DNA from: Pseudomonadales bacterium
GTDB taxonomy: Bacteria; Pseudomonadota; Gammaproteobacteria; Pseudomonadales; GM7GCV1
Assembly (NCBI GenBank): GCA_965661125.1
Contig: CBFICI010000004.1
Coordinates: 40,544 to 104,543, forward strand
Length of the DNA stretch: 64,000 bases
Direction of reading: 5' to 3'
Under the pieces are notes generated by a model, which worked only from the letters and a program-made list of their open reading frames with translations, searched no databases and was not told where the DNA came from. Position 1 is the stretch's first letter; every line of letters starts with the position of its first letter. This document shows positions 58,597-64,000 of this stretch, one piece after another. The position numbers were made by a program, and so were the translations under genes.

Positions 58597-59037
58597 ATGG
58601 TCAAAAAGATTCTCTGCCCGGTAGACGGTTCTGACCAGTCTGGCAAAGCACTTGAGTTTGCGGTGGACCTGGCACAGCGTTATCCGGCCCGTCTCGAACT
58701 ACTCTTTGTGACCCAGCCCCTGATGACCGAAGATATTTTTGCCATGGGTACTCTGGCGATCCCGGTCGATTTGCCTCAGGAGGATCTGGAGCAGTATGGC
58801 CACAAGGTTCTGGACAAAGCCGAAGCCATCGCTCGTAATCAGGGGTTACGGGATTTGGGTAAAAGCCTTCGTCAGGGAGAGCCAGCTACCACCATCGTGG
58901 ATTATGCTGCAGACATTGACGCAGACATGATTGTCATTGGCAGCCGTGGGTTGGGAGACCTTTCCAGTTTGCTGATGGGCAGCGTTTCCCACAAGGTTGC
59001 GCACGATGCAAACTGCACCTGTGTAACGGTGAAATAG
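58597..59037 (+). CDS. Universal stress protein (UspA family)
   Basis: ILCPVDGSDQSGKAL and MIVIGSRGLGDLSSLLMGSVSHKV are present. Confidence 0.9.
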   Translation: MVKKILCPVDGSDQSGKALEFAVDLAQRYPARLELLFVTQPLMTEDIFAMGTLAIPVDLPQEDLEQYGHKVLDKAEAIARNQGLRDLGKSLRQGEPATTIVDYAADIDADMIVIGSRGLGDLSSLLMGSVSHKVAHDANCTCVTVK

Positions 59038-59061
59038 GGCATTTACTGCTTGGGTTACCGG

Positions 59062-59532
59062 CTATTGCAGCTGTTTACTCATGCATTCTACCGAATGGCC
59101 ATGGTATTGGCGCTTTTCCTCGCTTACCCAGCCCAGCTTGCGGTACAGAGATTGCTTATCTTCGGTATATAACCAGATTTTGGCGTAACCGGCATCGGCC
59201 GCCAGTTTTTCGATAGCGCCAATCAGGCGCGTTGCTACTCCCTGCTTACGATGATCAGGCGCGATGAATACCGAAGCCAGCCAGGGAGCCCAGTCTGACC
59301 GATCCTCCATATCACAATCCACCAGAGCGGCCGAGCCTATGGGTTCGCCGTCTTCCACCGCCACCAGAGTAGTGGGCACCGTCTGGTGCAGCAGGAAGCT
59401 CTGCATATTCAGCATGCGTTCTTCCAGGCTTTGGCCCGGATTCAGATGAGACCATTCGGATTGGTGCCAAAGTGCCAGCCGTGGCAGCAGATGCGTGCAT
59501 TCCATCAGGTCGAGAATTTGAAAATCGCCCAT
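59062..59532 (-). CDS. GNAT family N-acetyltransferase
   Basis: VFIAPDHRKQGVATRLIGAI is the acetyl-CoA motif. LYRKLGW is also present. The start is either ATG 59532 or ATG 59580. Confidence 0.8.
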   Translation of the reverse strand: MGDFQILDLMECTHLLPRLALWHQSEWSHLNPGQSLEERMLNMQSFLLHQTVPTTLVAVEDGEPIGSAALVDCDMEDRSDWAPWLASVFIAPDHRKQGVATRLIGAIEKLAADAGYAKIWLYTEDKQSLYRKLGWVSEEKRQYHGHSVECMSKQLQ

Positions 59533-59648
59533 AGGCTTTTCCACCGGAAATTTGAGCAGCAATGCCTGAGTGTTGCGCATTTGCCAAGCCCAGTCACTGA
59601 TTTAAGGCAATTTTAGTTAGACCCCGGGCTGCTGGGCTCACTGAAGGA

Positions 59649-60578
59649 CTATAGCCGGCTTCGGCTGGAGCGCCTCTGCCGCTTGATCCAGTACATGCGT
59701 TTATCGGCGTTGCTCATCAGCGACTCACTGTCTTCGCAGTCTTCGCAGTCTTCGGGGAAGCAGGCCAGTCCGATACTGGCGCTGACATTGAGCATATGGG
59801 TGTCGACCGCAATGGGCTTTTCCATGGCTTGCTCGATCCGCTCACAAAGTCGCAAACCGGTGGCGCGGGATTCGCGGTCAAGTACCAGTGCAAATTCGTC
59901 ACCGCCAATACGGCCAACCACGCCACCGCCGGCCAATGCCTCGTCGAGGCGTCGGCCTACTTCAATCAGTACCTGATCTTCCGTGTGATGACCGTATTCG
60001 TCGTTCACCCGCTTGAAGTCGTTGAGATCGACAAACACCAGGGTGAAAAAGTCCTGATCCAGGGTTCGCCGGTTGAGTTCGGCGAAAAAGCCGCGCCGGT
60101 TGAGTAGGCTGGTTAGTGGGTCGCGATTGGCCAAATCGAGCAGATAACTGGTGTGCTTGCGATGCTCGGTGATGTCACGAATGAGTACCTGACGCCCAAT
60201 AACGGTGCCATGGGTCGAGCGCAGTGCCATGCTACGGTATTCCTCGTGCCCCTGCCCATCGGCCCGGTTGACCTCTTGCCGTGTGCTGGAGTTGCCCGGC
60301 TGGATCAGCCGCGGCGGACAATCGGGAAACACTTCGAGTATACGGCTGCCCAGGTGAGTGAGTGCACCAAACACAAGCCGGCGGTTTTCTTCCATGCTGA
60401 GATATTCCGCGGTGGCAAAGCCGCACCATATGCTCACACTGAGACATAGCAGGCTGAATTCCCGCTGGCCGGGGATGGTGCGTTGGCCCCAGGCGTAAAC
60501 GCAGAGCAACAGGCAGCTAATGGAGCCGCAGAAAGTCGCCAGGGCGACCAGCAGGCTCACGCCGTCCAGCTCTACCAC
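59649..60578 (-). CDS. Membrane-anchored GGDEF diguanylate cyclase with apparently reduced sensor region
   Basis: The C-terminal domain carries RDPLTSLLNRRGF and RIGGDEFALV. The N-terminus has only 2-3 TM helices plus a PAS-tail-like LIRDITEHRK. GTG start overlaps the GIY-YIG stop by 7 nt. Confidence 0.75.
   Translation of the reverse strand: MVELDGVSLLVALATFCGSISCLLLCVYAWGQRTIPGQREFSLLCLSVSIWCGFATAEYLSMEENRRLVFGALTHLGSRILEVFPDCPPRLIQPGNSSTRQEVNRADGQGHEEYRSMALRSTHGTVIGRQVLIRDITEHRKHTSYLLDLANRDPLTSLLNRRGFFAELNRRTLDQDFFTLVFVDLNDFKRVNDEYGHHTEDQVLIEVGRRLDEALAGGGVVGRIGGDEFALVLDRESRATGLRLCERIEQAMEKPIAVDTHMLNVSASIGLACFPEDCEDCEDSESLMSNADKRMYWIKRQRRSSRSRL
59731..59757 (-). repeat. About 3 x 9-bp in-frame tandem repeat in the GGDEF gene 3' end
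   Basis: TCTTCGCAG TCTTCGCAG TCTTCGGGG on the plus strand encodes (P)EDCEDCED. Confidence 0.85.
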
Positions 60579-60901
60579 ACTATTAAATGCGCACCTTCCT
60601 CCGCTTTGCTTTCAAGGCCCAGCTGTTTTATCAGTTGCCCCGCCCCGGGGTCGCTGTTCACCAAGGCTCGTTTGTTTGCTGCAGAGAGCTTTTTCAGCCT
60701 GTGTTCGGCTCGTTGAGCCAGACTGCGGCTGCCCAACTCACAGCTGTAGACCAGCTCCACCGGCAATGCTCCGCGCAGGCTCCTCGACCCCTTGCCACAG
60801 TTGTGTGTGGCAATGCGTGCTTTTACGTCTGGGCTTATTCCTGTGTACAGGGAGTTCCGGGCTGTCTGCACAATGTAGACCGACCAGACGTTGCTGCCCA
60901 C
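60572..60901 (-). CDS. GIY-YIG domain protein (small YhbQ/UPF0213-like)
   Basis: WSVYIVQTARNSLYTGISPDVKARIATHNCGKG matches the GIY-YIG pattern (VYIV...LYTG). Confidence 0.8.
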   Translation of the reverse strand: MGSNVWSVYIVQTARNSLYTGISPDVKARIATHNCGKGSRSLRGALPVELVYSCELGSRSLAQRAEHRLKKLSAANKRALVNSDPGAGQLIKQLGLESKAEEGAHLIVW

Positions 60902-60906
60902 CTGGA

Positions 60907-61185
60907 TCAGTCGCGTTCGGTGACTTCCAGCAGGTGGTAGCCAAACTGGGTTTTCACCGGACCCTGAACCTGGTTCAGGTCGGCGCTAAACACCACCTCG
61001 TCAAATTCCTGCACCATCATGCCGGGACCAAAGCGACCCAGATCTCCACCGGATCGACCCGAGGGGCAAAGCGAGTGTTCACGGGCAAGGTCGGCAAAAT
61101 CGGCACCGCCCTCGATCTGGTTTTTCAGGTCGTTGCAGGTGGCTTCGTCTTTGACCAGGATGTGTCTTGCAGCGGCAGATGTCAT
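60907..61185 (-). CDS. ppiC: Parvulin-type peptidyl-prolyl cis-trans isomerase C
   Basis: ARHILVKDEATCNDLKNQIEGGADFADLAREHSLCPSG..GGDLG...FGYHLLEV matches PpiC. Confidence 0.92.
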   Translation of the reverse strand: MTSAAARHILVKDEATCNDLKNQIEGGADFADLAREHSLCPSGRSGGDLGRFGPGMMVQEFDEVVFSADLNQVQGPVKTQFGYHLLEVTERD

Positions 61186-61214
61186 GGATAGCTCCTCTTG
61201 TTGGGCAAGCCCGG

Positions 61215-61862
61215 TTAAATGCGGCTGACGCTTTCGGTCATCAACCGCGATACTAGAGTCATGGTCTTTTTGACCGGTTCGGGAAACTGCAGCCCGCCAG
61301 CACGCAATGCGCTCTGGCGGTGACTGTCTTCGTCGATATGCATTTGTTCGACAATGGCGCGACTGGCGGTGTCCTCTGGCGGCAACTCACCCAGGTGTCG
61401 CTGTAAGTGCGCACAAACCTGATCTTCTGTAGCCGCCACAAACCCCAGTGAAATCCGGTCCGATATCGCTCCGGCGCCGGCACCAACCGCAAAAGAAGCC
61501 GCGTAGAAAATTGGGTTCAGAACACTCGGCCGACTGTCGAGCTGTTGCAGGCGTTCGTGACACCAGGCCAGGTGGTCGACTTCTTCTTGCGCTGCCTGCT
61601 CCATCTCGGCACGAACACCCGGTAGTTTGGCCGTCAATGCCTGCCCCTGGTATAGCGCTTGGGCGCAAACCTCTCCGGTATGGTTGACTCGCATTAGTGC
61701 GGCCGATTGCTTGCGCTGGGCTGGATTGAGAGCTTCGCTACTGGTGGCCGCAGACTGCCCTGGCGATGGCCGGTTTCCGCGCGGTGGTGCGGCCAGCGTG
61801 CGTAATGCGTTATCGGCACAATCACAAAGGCGGTCTATCAGGTTGAGTGGTTGTCTGCTCAT
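61215..61862 (-). CDS. coq7: Demethoxyubiquinone hydroxylase (di-iron Coq7)
   Basis: [19 protein letters not shown] is present. The di-iron ExxH motifs EEVDHLAW and DEDSHRQ are present. Confidence 0.9.
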   Translation of the reverse strand: MSRQPLNLIDRLCDCADNALRTLAAPPRGNRPSPGQSAATSSEALNPAQRKQSAALMRVNHTGEVCAQALYQGQALTAKLPGVRAEMEQAAQEEVDHLAWCHERLQQLDSRPSVLNPIFYAASFAVGAGAGAISDRISLGFVAATEDQVCAHLQRHLGELPPEDTASRAIVEQMHIDEDSHRQSALRAGGLQFPEPVKKTMTLVSRLMTESVSRI

Positions 61863-61876
61863 AGCGGTGGATTCTA

Positions 61877-62668
61877 TCACTGGTGCGGGGCATTATCCCG
61901 CCCCGGCTGGTAGAGCGAATACCAGAGCTGGTCGAACAGCTTGACCAGTTTGCCAGCCAGTTGCAGCGCTTCGCCGTCCACGCCCATGTTGTGGGTGCCA
62001 AGCAACAGCGACAGCTGATTCTGGCCGAGTTTCCAGCTATTCGCCAGACAAGCCAGATCGAAGGCCGGGTTGCCTCGGCCCGAGTACTCCCAGTCAATCA
62101 GGCAGGGTTTTCCTTCTTTGACCAGGACATTGCCGGGGCTCAGATCGTGGTGGCACCAGCATCCGGGCTGTTTGTCCCAGACCGCTGCGATCTGGCGTCC
62201 GGCCGCAAGGTCGAGCCGGGACAGATCAAGCCCTTTTATTGTCGCCTGCTCGAGCAATTGCTCCAGCAGGTCTCCATAGGTGCGTGTTTCGAGGTGGCAG
62301 GGGGAAGAGTGCAGTGTGCGCAGCAGCCTGCCGGCTTGCTGGACCAACCCGTCGCTCACCGGGCTAGTAATTGGTTGGCCGGCGTGTTCCATTACCATCA
62401 GCTTGCAGGCGGTGTCTTGCAGCAGCAGGCGGGGCGCCAGTTCAAGTTCGGCTGCTATTCGCTGCAGGCGGTACTCCTCACTCCAACTGCTGCCGCAGGG
62501 TTGGTTCGGCAACCCCTGCTTGACTACCAGCTGTTGCTCGCCACATTGCAGCAAATAAAGCCGGTTAAGTGTTCCGCCTTCAAGCCGGCCCAGGTAATGC
62601 AAAGGCTGCTCCAGGCCCAGTTCGCGGCGGACCTTCTCAAACAGTTGTGGAGGCAATTCGGTTTTCAA
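61877..62668 (-). CDS. Phosphotransferase (APH/choline-kinase/ThiK-like) family kinase
   Basis: Brenner/catalytic loop [13 protein letters not shown], then [21 protein letters not shown] start overlaps the pnuC-like 3' end by 32 nt. The length (263 aa) is similar to E. coli thiamine kinase. Confidence 0.75.
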   Translation of the reverse strand: MKTELPPQLFEKVRRELGLEQPLHYLGRLEGGTLNRLYLLQCGEQQLVVKQGLPNQPCGSSWSEEYRLQRIAAELELAPRLLLQDTACKLMVMEHAGQPITSPVSDGLVQQAGRLLRTLHSSPCHLETRTYGDLLEQLLEQATIKGLDLSRLDLAAGRQIAAVWDKQPGCWCHHDLSPGNVLVKEGKPCLIDWEYSGRGNPAFDLACLANSWKLGQNQLSLLLGTHNMGVDGEALQLAGKLVKLFDQLWYSLYQPGRDNAPHQ

Positions 62669-63242
62669 AGTGTTTTTTCCAGGTAAACCAGCCGATCAGG
62701 GCAATGATTACGTAAGCGACAAACAGCAGCGCTGTAAGGTGCATACCGCGATCCAAGTAAAGGTAGATAGAGACCGCATCAATTACGACCCAGTAAAGCC
62801 AGTTTTCCAGCACTTTGCGCGCCACCATCCAGGTGGTTACGACAGATGCCCATGTGGTGAAAGAATCCAGCCAGGGCAGGGCGGCTGACGGCAAGAAACG
62901 TTGCAGTAGCAGCGCAGAAAAAACCGTGAGTAGCAGAATAACAGCCGCGGCCGCCAGATGCTGCCTGGCCTGCCAGCGGTGAATTTTGATTGGCCCGGAC
63001 TGTGCGCCCCGGCGCCACTGCTGCCAGCCGTAAAGGGCCATTACCAGGTAATAGGCATTGAGCGCCGACTCCATCGGCAGAGAAACCCGCCAGAACAGCA
63101 GTGTGTAGATGGCAGTGGCGCCCAGTGCACAGGCCCAGCAGGCAATGTGCTCGCGCGCGGCCAGCACCACATAGGCAATGCTTAGCGCAACTGCCAGCAG
63201 TTCCCAGGGTCGCTGGAGGAGGTAACCTAAAAGACCATCCAC
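62637..63242 (-). CDS. pnuC: PnuC-family vitamin transporter (nicotinamide riboside or thiamine, PnuT-like)
   Basis: About 7 TM helices. ELLAVALSIAYVVLAAREHIACW and LNAYYLVMALYGWQQW are present. GTG start overlaps the upstream stop by 1 nt. Confidence 0.8.
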   Translation of the reverse strand: MDGLLGYLLQRPWELLAVALSIAYVVLAAREHIACWACALGATAIYTLLFWRVSLPMESALNAYYLVMALYGWQQWRRGAQSGPIKIHRWQARQHLAAAAVILLLTVFSALLLQRFLPSAALPWLDSFTTWASVVTTWMVARKVLENWLYWVVIDAVSIYLYLDRGMHLTALLFVAYVIIALIGWFTWKKHFENRIASTTV

Positions 63243-63508
63243 TAGCTATTGTTCCAGTGGGATTGCTCGCGGTCGACGCTGAGAACTTTGCTGACCAGCG
63301 AAAGGGGTGCGCCCTTTTCAAACTGCTGTTTCAGTGCCGCCGTAATAGTGGCCATTACCAGGTCGTATTCGCCATACACCTGCGTACTGAGCGCATTGGT
63401 GCGAACACTGATCTCCGGCTCGGCGTTCAGGGCTTCAAGAAAAGAATGAATATAGGGCGCGTAGTCCTCTTTCAGGGGATACAGGCTCATTTCTACTGAT
63501 ATACGCAT
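63242..63508 (-). CDS. MTH1187/YkoF-related thiamine-binding family protein
   Basis: 88 aa. MRISVEMSLYPLKEDYAPYIHSFLEAL...STQVYGEYDLV matches the family. GGAG RBS. Confidence 0.65.
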   Translation of the reverse strand: MRISVEMSLYPLKEDYAPYIHSFLEALNAEPEISVRTNALSTQVYGEYDLVMATITAALKQQFEKGAPLSLVSKVLSVDREQSHWNNS

Positions 63509-63525
63509 AGGTCACTCCGTGTGGG

Positions 63526-63554
63526 AACTGGCCCAACCATGAGTTGGGCCAGTT
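63526..63554 (-). other. Intercistronic perfect 12-bp stem-loop between the TonB receptor and the YkoF-like gene
   Basis: AACTGGCCCAAC-CATGA-GTTGGGCCAGTT. There is no U-run on the coding (minus) strand, so it is not a canonical terminator. Confidence 0.5.
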
Positions 63555-63560
63555 TCGGGA

Positions 63561-64000
63561 TTAGAAGGAATAGTTGAAGCTTACACCCAGGTGGCGAGGC
63601 TCACCCAGTTGCACATAGGGGCCAAGGCTGGTGTAGAAATCGCGTGGATCGTTGGGAAACGAACCGAAGCCGCGAGTGGCGTAGGTCTCGTCGGTGAGGT
63701 TGCGTCCCCAAAGGCTCAATGCCCAGCTGTCCTGCTGCCAGCTCCAGCGAGCATTCAGTGTTTGGTAGGCATCCGCTTGCGCCAAATGGCGATTGCTGAA
63801 ACGAAAATTGTCTTTGGCTTCCAGGGAAACCCACAGGCTGCTGCGCTGGTTGAGCGACCATTGCGCTTCCAGTGTGAGCTGGTAGCTGGGTGATTGCGCC
63901 AGTGGCTCACCCGACATGTCGTAGGGAGTGACGCTGGTGCCATTGTCCACTGCATTCACGTGGGAAAAGCTCAGGTAGTCATCAAAAGCTGTTTCGAGTA
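63561..64000 (-). CDS. TonB-dependent outer-membrane receptor, C-terminal fragment (continues beyond window)
   Basis: The C-terminal beta-barrel ends ...LGEPRHLGVSFNYSF with a terminal aromatic residue. The reading frame stays open to the window edge. Confidence 0.8.
   Translation of the reverse strand, partial: LETAFDDYLSFSHVNAVDNGTSVTPYDMSGEPLAQSPSYQLTLEAQWSLNQRSSLWVSLEAKDNFRFSNRHLAQADAYQTLNARWSWQQDSWALSLWGRNLTDETYATRGFGSFPNDPRDFYTSLGPYVQLGEPRHLGVSFNYSF

Noticed and set aside
60572-60901. The GIY-YIG gene as a homing endonuclease or mobile element.
   Set aside because: It is only a 109-aa bare GIY-YIG domain of the YhbQ/UPF0213 type. It has no DNA-binding extension, intron/intein context, flanking repeats or integrase.

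Overview
This GC-rich window looks like core gammaproteobacterial chromosome. It is densely coding, with many 1-4 nt stop/start overlaps. From memory, gene order matches several conserved Pseudomonas-type housekeeping blocks joined end to end. Block 1: pntAA-pntAB-pntB, then hemW ... rdgB-DUF4426-metW-metX-(lipoprotein)-yggT-proC-yggS, divergent from pilT-pilU. Block 2: ruvX-yqgE-queG, divergent from nnr-tsaE-amiB-mutL-miaA-hfq-hflX-hflK-hflC-DUF2065-hisZ-purA. Block 3: an NSS transporter, ratA-rnfH, and bamE divergent from fur. Block 4: an AraC-controlled beta-oxidation-like cluster (fadE-like, thiolase, fadB-like, NMO flavoprotein, enoyl-CoA hydratase, PaaI thioesterase, AtoE transporter). 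Block 5: the type IV pilus minor-pilin operon fimU-pilV-pilW-pilX-(orf)-pilY1-pilE. Block 6: leuA-holD-like-rimI, followed by usp, GNAT, GGDEF, GIY-YIG, ppiC and coq7. Block 7: a TonB receptor / YkoF-like / PnuC-like / ThiK-like kinase operon running off the right edge. I found no rRNA, tRNA, CRISPR array, transposase, integrase, prophage or recognisable defence-system gene. I therefore cannot honestly point to one clear novel system. The loci most worth a second look are listed here. (1) A 2.8-kb four-gene islet splits the normally adjacent rdgB and hemW; it encodes two paralogous secreted proteins with a predicted His-His mature N-terminus, a DUF962/Mpo1-like membrane protein and a SIP-type flavin reductase. 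(2) The pilus-tip locus has an extra secreted CxxC ORF, and its PilY1 has a vWA domain split by a Cys-rich insert that includes a PPC-like module. (3) The right-edge operon is a likely thiamine-salvage uptake system of PnuT type that uses a ThiK-like kinase. (4) A Leu-rich mini-ORF ends inside a hairpin upstream of leuA. (5) Several unexplained palindromes and direct repeats lie in divergent promoter regions. All family assignments come from reading the translated ORFs against remembered family motifs. No database search was run.
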